Assembly (NCBI RefSeq): GCF_009914755.1
Contig: NC_060945.1
Origin: the human T2T-CHM13v2.0 reference genome, Homo sapiens
DNA: 64,000 nt
Strand: one strand, 5' to 3'
A program made the translations under genes and the position numbers. A model generated the notes under the pieces. The model was not told the origin of the DNA. It ran no database searches and saw only the letters and a program-made list of their open reading frames with translations. Positions 15,545-38,065 of the stretch are shown here, in pieces (the stretch's first letter is position 1; each line of letters starts with the position of its first letter).

Positions 15545-15860
15545 CAGCAAGGAGCAAGTGCTACCAAGACAAGGCAAGGAAAAGGAATAGAGAATATTGC
15601 TGGGTGCTTTTCTGTAGGGTGATCAGGAAAGGCCTCACTGAAAAAGAGACATTAGAGCAGAGCAAGTGACAGAGAGAGAGTCATAGAGAGATCTGTGGGA
15701 AGAGCATTCCACATGAGGGCAACAGACACTGCAAAGGCCCTGAGGCAGGGCGTGCTTGGCATGTCTGAGGAGCCAGAAAAAGGCCAGTGGGGCTGGAATG
15801 GAGTGAGTGAGGAGTAATAGGTGCAGAACACACATGGCCTTAGAGATCATGGCTCTAGGT
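15545..15860 (-). mobile_element. L2 LINE fragment
   Basis: AGGGTGATCAGGAAAGGCCTCACTGA...GGAAGAGCATTCCA...TGCAAAGGCCCTGAGGCAGG...GGCCAGTGGGGCTGGA is typical antisense L2a. Confidence 0.8.
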
Positions 15861-16209
15861 GTTTTGTTTTATTTTCCAATTTTTAAAATTGTGTTAAAAT
15901 ACACATAACATAAGCGTCTGGGATCCCGCAGGATGCTGGCCCCAAACGGGCCAATTTGTCCTGTCTCTGTGGGATTTCTTGGTTCTAAAAGATCAGATTT
16001 GGTCTGGGTCACCCAAATCTGTCTGTACCCCAACGTCCACTGTCTGCTCTTACCTTCCTAGGTGTTGGCTCAGGTACTGGGCAAACTTTACCAGGAATAT
16101 ATACATTGTGTGGAATTTCTTAGCTTCCATTTCAACAAAGTTGAAACTTCGGGGAAATGATTCGCCAAGGGTTACAACTTGGGGAAAATGATGATAGTTT
16201 GCTTTACAA

Positions 16210-16850
16210 ATTGCTCTAGTTAACCAATAAAAGTATGGCATGCCTACCCAGGTACAGTGGAATTCGAGGTAAACAGCAGAACAGATGCATGCTCAGGTAC
16301 ATTTGAGTTGGAGATAAACAGCAAAACAGATGCGTGCTCAGGTACACTTGAATTCGAGGTGAACAGCAGTATGCATGCGTGCCCAGCTACACTTGAATTC
16401 GAGATAAACAGCAGAAAAGATGCGTGCCCATGTACACTTGAATTTGAGATAAACAGCAGTATGGATGCATGCTCAGGTACACTTGAATTCAAGGTGAACG
16501 GCAGCACGATGTGTGCCCAGCTACACTTGAGTTCGAGGTAAACATCAGCACGATGCATGCCCAGATACACTTGAATTCGAGATAAACAGCAGAACAGATG
16601 CGTGCTCAGGTACACTTGATTTCAAGGTGAACAGCAGCACGAGGCATGCCCAGATAACACTTGAATTCGAGATAAACAGGAGAACAGATGTGTGCTCAGC
16701 TACACTTGAATTCGAGGTGAACAGCAGTATGCATGCATGCCCAGATACACTTGAATTCAAAGTAAACAGCAGCCCAGGTACGCTTGAATTCAAGGTTAAC
16801 AGCTGTATGCATGTGTGCCCAGCTACACTTGAATTTGAGATCAACAGCAA
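16210..16850 (+). repeat. 45-bp minisatellite (~14 copies), apparently amplified from the left arm of a MER53-like element
   Basis: Unit TACACTTGAATTCGAG(G/A)T(G/A)AACAGCAG...GATGCGTGC(C/T)CAG(C/G). The 15-aa periodicity in overlapping ORFs confirms a 45-nt period. Confidence 0.9.
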
Positions 16851-17628
16851 TATTGAATTTTCTACCAAAAATGCATATGCTCTGTCTCTGAATAAATGTG
16901 CAAGAAATGAAAGTTCTACATGCCCAACAACTCTTTGCTTCCATTTCCTTACGGTCATGAAGCCACACCTGCCTGGAGCTACTAATCTATTTCCTGAGCA
17001 TCAGAACCCTCTTGCTCATTTGGGGAATCCATCTCCCTGCAGTTGACCTGTGGATCTCCAACATCCCTGGGCAGCCTGAGGACCCTAAACCCTGTAGTTC
17101 AGTTTATGACACGCAGGCTTGGAGGAATTTCCCTCCATAAGGCTGCTGTGAACTCCCACGCCAGGAGAAATTAAAATTTGTAATACAGCGGAGATCTCTG
17201 AATGAGCTTTTCTCCCTGATACAAGTCAGCGAACTCAATGTGTCTTTGGAAATCCGGAAACCTCCTTTTCTCAGTTCAGGCTGCCTGCATCATGCTGGTT
17301 TGTTTCCTGCAACAAAACAGATCATCCAGACACCTCTCTGTTTTCCTTCGAATATTCCCCACGCTACCACGCCATTCGTGGGCAGGACCTCAGTGCCTGA
17401 GGTCAGAATAGAGACACCTCTGACATCCCATGGCTGTACCCACAAATAACCCTTCCTCGGCAGTCGCTGAAGCCACACCTCTACACAGCTGTCTGTTGTC
17501 TTACAGTGGCATAAGCATAAAACAGATTTTTTTTGACATGTATTATAGCACCTGCTGGCTTTATTTCCCTCCCTTATACCATAATATTGCTTGTTGATTT
17601 GTATCAACGGATTTGCATCTTCTGCCCG

Positions 17629-17629
<1 letters not shown>

Positions 17630-17661
<32 letters not shown>
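17630..17661 (+). repeat. (CA)n microsatellite
   Basis: About 16 CA units. Confidence 0.95.
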
Positions 17662-17662
<1 letters not shown>

Positions 17663-18949
17663 CCACCCCACTCCCCCCACTAGTGACTAGGTACACTTGA
17701 ATTCGAAGTAAATAGCACACACAAGAGATATGTCCAGCACGTGATTCTCACAGGCCTGATTTCACAGCAGTGCTGGAGGCAAACCTCGCAGCCTCTAGCC
17801 TGTGCAGACCGCATCATGACAAATTGTATAAATATGTGCAAATTGTCCAGATGATGTCATGTGTGCCCCAGCCTGCTCTCCAAGTGGGCAGAACGCTTCA
17901 GGGAAGGTCAGGGCAGGCCTTGCTCTGAATTCAATTGAGGTAATTGCATTCAATTTGCTTAAATGTATCACAGAGAAAAGCCCTGTCTGTTGATCTCAAT
18001 CGTATTAAGAAGTTTATTTTCCGCCGGGGCCGGACTCCACGGCCTCACGGAGAGGAAGCCTTCTCTCGGTTATGTCCTTCTTTCTCCTGCTTGATTCCAG
18101 GTCCTGGGGGCAGCCCTGGGAATGCCAGAGAGGGCCCCCCGCCCCCGCCACAAGAAATACCTTATGGCTCTCTCCCTAGCCACCTGCAGGGCTCGGAATG
18201 GCCGCAAATAAGCATGAGGATTTCTGTGCTTAGGGAATAGTTTGCCAGCTCTTTGCAGGTGTGATTTGACGATGCCAGTGAGTGAACAGAGCCTGAGGTT
18301 TCACCCCAAAAGATCGTTCTGTGGTTTGTCTGCCATGATTCAACAGCCCAGGATCTGCTCGGGCACAGACAACCTGAAGTGTAAAGAGGCTCCTGACAGC
18401 CGGGTCCCAGCTCGGCCCCAGACACCCCCTCTGCACCGACCCCGCGAGCCCCCAAAAGTCATCTCTACCAGAGGTTCTCCTCATTTCTGAGAAGAGGGAA
18501 GCAGGGCCCATGCGTTTTGAGGTTGCCTCTGGCTCCAACTCGGTGACACGCAATGCCAGCCTCATGAGGGTGAGAGTCCTCTGAATGGCCCACGCTCTCT
18601 TGTGACAATGACACTTGTCTGTGAAGGAGAAGGCCAAACTGACTCACACGCTGAGTGCCCCAAGGATGAAGGGGGTCCCCGGAGTGGGTACCGCACCTCC
18701 CTCCTTGCAGACAAGGAGGGGGCGGCTCTGAGACCCACAGGGATGTACCAGAGAGTGCGTGTTAGGCAGAACCGAACCTCCCCAGAAAGGGAGGGAAAAG
18801 CAGGTGGCTGATATCTGCAGGGTCCTCTTGTACCTGAAACTCCAAAACTTTACACTATTTTCAGAATAACAGCAGCAGCAGATACAAAAGAACTCATGAG
18901 GGTTATGTCTTATAAAATAACAGAAAATATCTTAGGCAGACTGGGGAGT

Positions 18950-21740
18950 TTCTGTCTATCTATTACCCATCTATCATCTATCGACCTATTGATCTATTTA
19001 TATATAATCTATCTAACATCTATCATCTATCTATCAATCATCTATCATCTACTATATATCCATCATCTATCATCCATCCATCCATCTATCCATCTATATA
19101 TGTATTTATCTATTGAATCTATAATCTATGTATCAATTGTCTATCTACCTATCATCTATCCCTGTAGCTATCTATCGACTTACCTATCTACCTATCTATC
19201 CATCTAATGTATTATGTAATCTATGTATTTATCTATTGAATCTATAATCTATGTATCAATTGTCTATCTACCTATCATCTATCCCTGTAGCTATCTCTCT
19301 ATCCAGCTATCTATCTATACATCTATCTATCCATCCATCTAGTGTATTATCTATCTACGTATTTATCTATTGAATCTATAACCTATGTATCAACTATCTA
19401 CCTATCATCTATCTGTCTGGCTAGCTAGCTGTCTATCTGCCTATCATCTCTCTACTATCTATCTATCATCTACTATATATCCATCATCTATCATCCATCC
19501 ATCTATGCATCCATCCATCTATCCATGTATCTATATATGTATTTATCTATTGAATCTATAATCTGTGTATCAATTATCTATCTACCTATCATCTATCCCT
19601 GTAGCTATCTATCAACTTACCTATCTACCTATCTATCTAATGTATTATCTAATCTATGTATTTATCTATTGAATCTATAATCTATGTATCAATTATCTAC
19701 CTATCATCTATCTGTCTGGCTAGCTAGCTATCTACCTATCATCTCTCTACTATCTATCTATCATCTACTATATATCCATCATCTATCATCCATCCATCTA
19801 TGCATCCATCCATCTATCCATCTATATATGTATTTATCTATTGAATCTATAACGTATGTATCAATTATCTACCTATCATCTATCCCTGTAGCTATCAACT
19901 TACCTATCTACCTATCTAATGTATTATCTAATCTATGTATTTCTCTATTGAATCTATAATCTATGTATCAATTATCTACTTATCATCTAACTGTTTGGCT
20001 AGCTAGCTGTCTATCTACCTATCATCTCTCTACTATCATCTACTATATATCCATCATGTATCTATCATCCATCCATCTATGCATCCGTCCATCTATCCAT
20101 GTATCTATATATGTATTTATCTATTGAATCTATAATCTGTGTATCAATTATCTATCTACCTATCATCTATCCCAGTAGCTATCTATCAACTTACCTACCT
20201 ATCTATCTATCTAATGTATTATCTAATCTATGTATTTATCTATTGAATCTATAATCTATGTATCAATTATCTACCTATCATCTATCTGTCTGGCTAGCTA
20301 GCCATCTATCTACCTATCATCTCTCTACTATCTATCTATCATCTACTATATATCCATCCTCTATCATCCATCCATCAATCTATCCATCTATCTATATATG
20401 TATTTATCTATTGAATCTATAACCTATGTATCAATTATCTACCTATCACCTATCCCTGTAGCTATCTACCTACCTACCTATTGATCTATCTATCCATCTA
20501 ATGTATTATCTATTTATCTATTGAATCTATAATCTATGTATCAATTATCTATCATCTATCCGTCTAGCTAGCTGTCTATCTACCTATCATCTCCCTAGTA
20601 TCTATCGTCTACTATATATCCATCATCTATCTATTATCCATCCATCTATCCATCTATCTATATATGCACTTATCTATTGAATCTGTAACCTATGTATCAA
20701 TTATCTATCTACCTATCATCTATCCCTGTAGCCATTTATCCACCTATCTATCTATCTAATGCATTATCTATCTGTTGAATCTATAATCTATGTATCACTT
20801 ATCTACCTATCATCTCTCCATCTAGCTAGCTGTCTATCCACCTACCATCTCTCTACTATCTATAGTCTACTATATATCCATCATCTATTATCCATTGATC
20901 TATCCATCTATCTATATATGCATTTATCTATTGAATCTGTAACCTATGTATCAATTATCTATCTACCTATCATCTATCCCTGTAGCTATCTATCTATTCA
21001 TCTATCTATCCATCTAATGCATTATCTATCTATCTGTTGAATCTATAATCTATGTATCACTTATCTATCATCTCTCCATCTAGCTAGCTAGCTATCTACC
21101 TACCATCTCTCTACTATCTAATAGTCTACTATATATCCATCATCTATCTGTTATCCATCCATCTATCCATCTATCTATATATGTATTTATCTATTGAATC
21201 TCTAATCTATGTATCAATTATCCGTCTACCTATCATCTATCCGTCTAGCTAGCTAGCTGTCTATCTACCTATCAGCTCTCTACTATTTATCATCTACTAT
21301 ATATCCATCCTCTATTATCCATCCATTTATCTATATATTTATGTATCAAATCTATAATCTATGTATAAGTTGTCTACCTATCATCTATCCCTGTATCTAT
21401 TTGTCTATCTATCATCCCTCTACTATCTGCCTATCTAGCTCTCTATCATCTATGCATCTATCCAGTTATCTCTCTATATATCTGTCATATATTTATCTAC
21501 CTAGCTCTATCATTTATGTAATCTAACTCACCTATTCCTATGTATTAATATATCTGTTATCTATCTATCATCTATGTATTTACCTAGGTCTATCATTTAA
21601 TTGTCCTAATTTATGTCTTTCCTATTAATTATATACCTACCATCTATGTCGTTCTAACAGTTATCTATTTCTATCTAGTTTAACCTATTTAGTTTATTTC
21701 TTTCCATCTGTAATAGAATATGTCTATTGTCTATCTATAT
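18950..21740 (+). repeat. Complex (TATC/CATC)n array with ~260-300-bp higher-order dimeric period
   Basis: Motif TATTTATCTATTGAATCTATAATCTATGTATCAATT recurs about 16 times, with alternating ~105-135 and ~150-180 bp spacing. Confidence 0.92.
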
Positions 21741-21744
21741 ATCC

Positions 21745-22053
<309 letters not shown>

Positions 22054-22762
22054 TGTCTATATACCTTTCTCTCTCTCTCTCTCCACACACACACGCACAC
22101 ACATAATTGTTTTTGTAAGCATCTGGAGAATACGTCTAATCATCTAATCTCCCATTTCAATTTGGGATCCATTACTTCCACAGTCAACACTATCCAATTA
22201 GCAATAGCCACTTAAACACTTCAGGCATCTTGGAATGTCTATTTTTCTAAGCCAAGATCTAAAACCTTGGATGTCAGATTTTCCAGATCTCCTGTTTTGG
22301 GGACTGGTGTGAAAACGTCATTCGATGACAGGCCGACCCAGGTGGCCCCTGCCTTAACATCAAACGCCATCAAACGCTCCGAATACGCTTCTGGCTCCAG
22401 GCAGGGGCCGTTTTTCTCCCCCCAGAAAGCTCAGCTAGAGTCACCCTTAAAATAATGCACTTGTATATTTTTTATTGTGTGGACAAGAAATTGGGAACAG
22501 GTTCAGGCTGCTCAGAAAAACGTGTTAAGTTTATTTTTGAACAGAGGTTTATTAAAAAAAAAAAGCCAAGGAAAGTCATGCATGGTTTTGAGCTTCTGCC
22601 TCGCAGTACCTGGTAGATGCTGGTGTTGCAAAGTGGACAAAGCAATTTGATCCCTTCCCTGGGTCACCAGGGAAACCTGTGCACCACACTTGTCTCAGCT
22701 GCAGATGTGTAAAAGCGGCTGATATGGTTTCTTCTAGAAGTGAGTTAAAAAGGACTGTAAGG

Positions 22763-23525
<763 letters not shown>

Positions 23526-23649
23526 TCAACACGTTCGCGTCTGAAGTTAACTGGGATGCTGGTTTCCTGCAGACACCTGCCAGGGAGAAAAAGCCGAGAT
23601 GGTGCTGGCTGCATGGGTCCCCCATGGAGTCACTTAAGAAAAGCAAAGA

Positions 23650-24650
<1,001 letters not shown>

Positions 24651-24659
24651 AACTTGAAT

Positions 24660-25042
24660 TAAAAAAGGGGTGATCAGGCCATGGTGGCATCTTTCTCATG
24701 AATGGGCTTAAGGTCCTTAGGAAAGAGGCTTCCTGGCCAGAGATGGTGGCTCATGCCTGTAATCCCAGCATTTTGGGAGGCCGAGGCGGGTGGATCATGA
24801 GGTCAGGAGTTCAAGATCAGCCTGGCCAACATGGTGAAACCCCATCTCTGCTAAAAATACAAAAATTAGCCGGGTGTGGTGGCAGGCACCTGTAATCCTA
24901 GCTACTCAGGAGGCTGAGGCAGAAGAATTGTTTCAGCCTGGGAGGTGGAGGTTGCAGTGAGCCGAGGTCACACCACTGTGCTCCAGCCTGGGCGATAGAG
25001 CAAGACTCCTTCTCGAAAAAAAGAGAGAAAGAAAGAAAGAAA

Positions 25043-25098
<56 letters not shown>

Positions 25099-25580
25099 GA
25101 CAGGCTTCCTGTAACATTCATTTCCCTTGGTCTTCCACCTTTACCATGTAAGGACAAGGTGTTTCTTCCTTCTGGAATATTCATCAGGAAGGCACCATCT
25201 TGGAGGCAAAGAACAGCCCTCATCAGATATGGAATCTGCTGGTGCCTTGGTCTTCATGTAAAGACAAGGTGTTTCTTCCTTCTGGAAGATTCATCAGGAA
25301 GGTGCCATCTTGGAGGCAAAGAACAGCCCTCATCAGATATGGAAACTTCTGGTGCCTTGGTCTTCATGTAAGGACAAGGGGTTTCTTCCTTCTGGAAGAT
25401 TCAGCAGGAATGTGCCATCTTGGAGTCAAAGAACAGCCCTCATCAGATATGGAATCTGCTGGTACCTCCATCTTGGACTTCTCCTCCTCCAGAACCAGGA
25501 GTAAATAAATCTCTGCTCTTTATAAACCACACAGTCTTAGGGACTCTGTTCTAGCAGTGAAAACAAATCCAGGCAGATGC
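24660..25580 (+). mobile_element. MST-type ERVL-MaLR LTR, split by an Alu and carrying an internal 110-bp triplication
   Basis: GGTGATCAGGCCATG...CTCATGAATGGG...AAAGAGGCTTCC lies before the Alu. GCCATCTTGGAGGCAAAGAACAGCCCTCA...CTCCAGAACC...AATAAATCTCTGCTCTTTATAAA lies after it. CATGTAA(G/A)GACAAGG occurs at 25145, 25255 and 25365. Confidence 0.8.
24735..25100 (+). mobile_element. AluS with (GAAA)n tail
   Basis: Full Alu with tail expanded to (GAAA)n at ~25025-25100 and TSD AGGCTTCCT. Confidence 0.92.
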
Positions 25581-25679
25581 AGATACATGATTTACGTGGA
25601 CTCAGTGGCTAATAGAGATGACGTTCACCTGGAAACTCCACAGATGGGACCTTGACTAGCTAAGTCTAGGTTGACTGGA

Positions 25680-26281
25680 GAGTTCCTATCTGTCTATTAC
25701 CTATCATCTATCAATCAATTGATCTGTCTACTATCTATCTATCTATGTATCTATATATCTAACATCTATCATCTTTCTATCAATCATCTATCATCTATAT
25801 ATCAATCATCTATCATTTATCTATATATTCATCTATCATCTACCTATCATCAATCTATCATCTATGTATCTAACATCTATCATCTTTCTATCAATCATCT
25901 ATCAACTATCATCTATCTATATATTCATCATCTATCATCTATCAATCAATCATCTATGTATCTATCTATCCACCTACCTATCTATCAATATCTATTGATA
26001 GATAGGAAGGTGGATAGATAAACAGCCCTGATGAGGGCTCTTCTTTGCCTCCAAGATGGCGCCTTCCTGATGAATCTTCCAGAAGAAACACCTTGTCTTT
26101 ACATGAAGACCACCTATCTATCTATGTCTGTGTCTATCCATTCATCCATCTATCCATTCATCTATCTAATGTATTCTCTGTGTATTTATCTATTGAATCT
26201 ATAATCTATGTATCAATTATCTATCTGTCATCTATCTATCTGTCTAGCTAGCTGTCTATCTGCCTATCCTCTCTCTACTAC
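25680..26281 (+). repeat. (TATC)n region paralogous to the 18.9-21.7 kb array, containing a hairpin and an inverted insert
   Basis: Shares the entry sequence GACTGG(A/G)GAGTT(C/T)CT and the TATTTATCTATTGAATCTATAATCTATGTATCAATT / CTAGCTAGCTGTCTATC motifs. Confidence 0.85.
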
Positions 26282-26697
26282 CAGGAGTTCATCGGTGGGT
26301 CTTGATCCTCTCATGTGGTAAGTATCATCACAGCTTAGAATCTCACGTCTTCACCATCACCTCCTCTCTGTCCTATATAATTAGTTCCAAGGGTCTTAAT
26401 TAGGCACTTATGTAACCCAGCACTGCTTATTGCAAAAGTTGAATCTCCAATGAAAGGTTCTTAGCCTCCATGGAGATCCTGAGATTCTCTGTTTGGCTGT
26501 TCCCAACTTCCATGTCAACCTGGGGCTTGGGGCAACCCCTTCTCCATCTGGCATCTTGCCTCCTCCTTGGTGGCCTGGGCCAAGACTCTGTTCTCCCTGC
26601 CTTCCCGAGTCTCCGTAAGCAAGGTTGCACTGCTCATTTAGACCTCACATCTGTGGAGCTGACTGAGTTTCTGCATGCCTTAGAAGATGAGCTTTGA

Positions 26698-27220
<523 letters not shown>

Positions 27221-27464
27221 TTATCGCTGTGACAGCTTGGAATCCCAGAACCCACAGGAACTCCGAGCACCTGTCACCCTCCTCACCGGTGCACATTGAG
27301 GAGGGTGGCAAGGTGCTCCAATGACCATCACAGGTGGCATCTCACTTACATCTTAGTGGGCTGCCGAGGGTAGTGGCATCCTTGTAAATCCTAGCACTTT
27401 CTATGAAATGCAAAAAGTTAAGAGTTTGGGGACCGGGGACAACATGGCTGAACAACTTTAATTT

Positions 27465-27771
27465 TATGTATATATGTATGTATGTATTGGAGATGGAGTC
27501 TCGCTCTGTCTCCCAGGCTGGAGTGCAGTGGCACAATCTCGGCTCACTGCAACCTCTGCTTCCCAGGTTCAGGTGATTCTTATGCCTTAACCTCCTGAGT
27601 AGCTGTGACTACAGGCACCCACCACCATGCCTGGCTAATTTTGGTATTTTTAGTAGAGACAGGTTTTCACCGTGTTGGTCAGCCTCATCTCGAACTCCTG
27701 ACCCCAGGTGATATGCCCACCTTGGCCTCCCAAAGTGTTGGGATGACAGGTGTGAGCCACTGTGCTCGGCC
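27465..27771 (-). mobile_element. AluS
   Basis: Full antisense Alu with a (TATG)n-like tail. Confidence 0.9.
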
Positions 27772-27978
27772 AACCCTTGAATTTAGGCTCAGAAGTTGCC
27801 ATTTCCTCTGTTTTGCAACTTATTCTCTGAATACTCACTGAAAAATCACCCACCTTCTAGAAAGTTCTGATGTCTCTTCTGTAAAATGCCTGCCTCTCAT
27901 TGTCTGAGGATCAAGCTGCATTTTAAAACAAAAGCGCTATGTAAAAATTGCATATTTCTCTCCATAAAATAAAGGTAG

Positions 27979-31527
<3,549 letters not shown>

Positions 31528-31548
31528 TGAGGGGGATTCTGTTATTTA

Positions 31549-32210
<662 letters not shown>

Positions 32211-32539
32211 TTAAAGTAAAGGTGGTGTCTTATCCTCAGCTGTCTCTGTGCACAGGGCCAGAGGAAGGAGTCTTGAGTTTCTTGGAAACAGTACCTGGCT
32301 GTAGTGCGACTTAATCTCTGTCTCTTGAGCTGAACAGCCAGGTGAATTTGCCCCAAGTCACATTGGAAAAAGTTGGGCCTCTCTGCTCAGCAAACTGGGA
32401 GAGAAAAATTACAACCAGATTGGGTGTGCCCATTACTCCGATGGCAAACACTGAAAAAAATTCCTTAGGTTATCTATTTATCTCGTTATTGATGTATTGG
32501 TGTGAATTATATCACTGAAGTACTTTGAAATATGTAGCT

Positions 32540-34199
<1,660 letters not shown>

Positions 34200-34707
34200 T
34201 TAAACAACAACAACGCTTAAGTGTTAAACAACAACAACAAAAAAGGAAACCATTAGAGGATTCTGTCAGTGATTCATGGAGACTGGCTTGGCGAATGCCG
34301 TTGAAAAGAAGGGCCGTCATCCCAGACTCCGGGTGATAGACAGGTGAACGCCTAAGAAGAAAGCATTTATTTTCCATGTTTAAATCGTTATTAAACAAGA
34401 CACATACTGCAAAACATTTCTTGGAAGGGAGCAACGTGAACCAGCCATGGGCTGCCTGAAGAGCCCCAGATGTAAACCATTACATTATCTGAGGATTAAA
34501 GTGTGTTCACATTTCCAGTTTTGCCCATCAGGAAGGCATGTGATTTGAAAGTGTAATTGGCCGATGTCATTTTTGGGGAAACGCACAGCGTGCTGTGGAC
34601 GTATTAACTTACTGTAAAGAATGTATGGGGCGTGTGGCCTCCTTGCAGGATTCTGGGACATGGGGTGAAGTCCCCACTATCAATGGGCACCCACAGGTGT
34701 GTGGATA

Positions 34708-35926
34708 CCCCACCCAGCAGAGGCTCCAGCATGATTTACCCACCAGAGGCTCCAGCATGATTTACCCACCAGAGGCTCCAGCATGATTTACCCACCAGAG
34801 GCTCTAGCATGATTTACCCAACAGAAGCTTCAGCATGATTTACCCACCAGAGGTTCCAACATAATTTACCCACCAGAAGCTCCAGCATGATTTACCCACC
34901 AGAGGTTCCAGCATGATTTACCCACCAGAAGCTTCAGCATGATCCACCCACCAGAGGCTCCAACATGGTCCACCCACCAGAAGCTCCAGCATAATTTACC
35001 CACCAGAAGCTCCACCATGGTCCACCCACCAGAAGCTCCAGCATGGTCCACCCATCAGAAGGTCCAGCATAATTTACCTCCAAGAAGCTCCCACCATGGT
35101 CTACTCACCAGAAGCTCCACCATGGTCCACCCACCAGAAGCTCCAGCATGGTCCATCCACCAGAAGCTCCAGCATGATCCACCCACCAGAAGCTCCAGCA
35201 TGGTCCACTCACCAGAAGCTCCAGCATGGTCCACCCACCAGAAGTTCCAGCATGATTTACCCATGAGAAACTCCAGCATGGTCCACCCACCAGAAGCTCC
35301 AGCATGATTTACCCACGAGAAGCTCCGGCATAATTTATCCACCAGAAGCTCCACCATGGTCTACTCACCAGAAGCTCCAGCATGATTTACCCACCAGAAG
35401 CTCCAGCATGCTCCACCCACCAGAAGCTCCACCATGGTCTATCCACCAGAAGCTCCACTATGGTCCACCTACCAGAAACTCCAGTATACTTCACTCACCA
35501 GAAGCTCAGCATGGTCCATCCACCAGAAGCTCCACCATGATCTACCCACCAGAAGCTCCACCATGGCCTACCTACCAGAAGCTCCAGTATGGTTCACCAA
35601 CCAGAAGCCCCAGCATGGTCCACCCACCAGAAGCTCCAGCATGGTCCACCTACCAGAAGCTCCAGCATGATTTACCCATGAGAAGCTCCAGCATAATTTA
35701 TCCACCAGAAGCTCCACCATGGTCTACTCACCAGAAGCTCCAGCATTATTTACCCACCAGAAGCTCCACCATGGGCCACCCACCAGAAGATTCAGCATCG
35801 TCCACCCACCAGAAGCTCCAGCATCGCCCACCCACCAGAAGCTCTAGCATTGTCCACCCACCAGAAGCTCCAGCATCGCCCACCCACCAGAAGCTCCAGT
35901 ATGGTCCACCCACCAGAAGCTCCAGC
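34708..35926 (+). repeat. 26-bp minisatellite (VNTR), ~47 copies
   Basis: Unit CCACCAGAAGCTCCAGCATG(ATTTAC/GTCCAC). Confidence 0.95.
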
Positions 35927-35971
35927 TTCTTCTAAAAAGCTGATGCTGTTTGCTGTATTTGCTTTCTTTTT

Positions 35972-37100
<1,129 letters not shown>

Positions 37101-37310
37101 GAGACACTGATTTTTTTTCCTGGTGTTACCCACATCACGAAGAATATTGTTTTTTCACCCCACTGATGCTTGGAACCACCTGTCAACCAGTTTTCTTATA
37201 TTGTTTTATTTAAATAGAAGGAAGAAGGGAAGACCCTGACCTTCCAGGGTACCTGGGGAGGTAAGAAGTAATCTATGTAACAGGAATGGGGAAAGAGAGC
37301 AGGTAGGTAG

Positions 37311-37850
<540 letters not shown>

Positions 37851-38065
37851 AGTTGACTGCTTTTGTAATCAAGAAACCTTGTGATATATAAATAGCCACT
37901 TTCCAAAAAAAAAAAAAAAAAAAAAAATCACCAGAATACCTCCAGTATTGACAAGCTGTGGGGTGTTGAGAGAATTCGAGATTGTCTTAGCAGCCTGGGA
38001 CCTTTCAGTAGTCCTGAACAGAACAGTGGACGATGATCTCATTGTTGAATCAGGAGGATGTGCTC

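Noticed and set aside
16244-17046. Repeat-protein-like ORFs (TLEFEINS...) and CRISPR-like periodicity
   Set aside because: A 45-bp unit divisible by 3 explains the peptide repeat. Units are contiguous with no unique spacers, there are no cas genes, and the DNA is primate.
34866-35935. Mucin-like HPPEAPAWSTHQKLQH ORFs
   Set aside because: Three-frame readout of a 26-bp VNTR, with no splice or promoter support.
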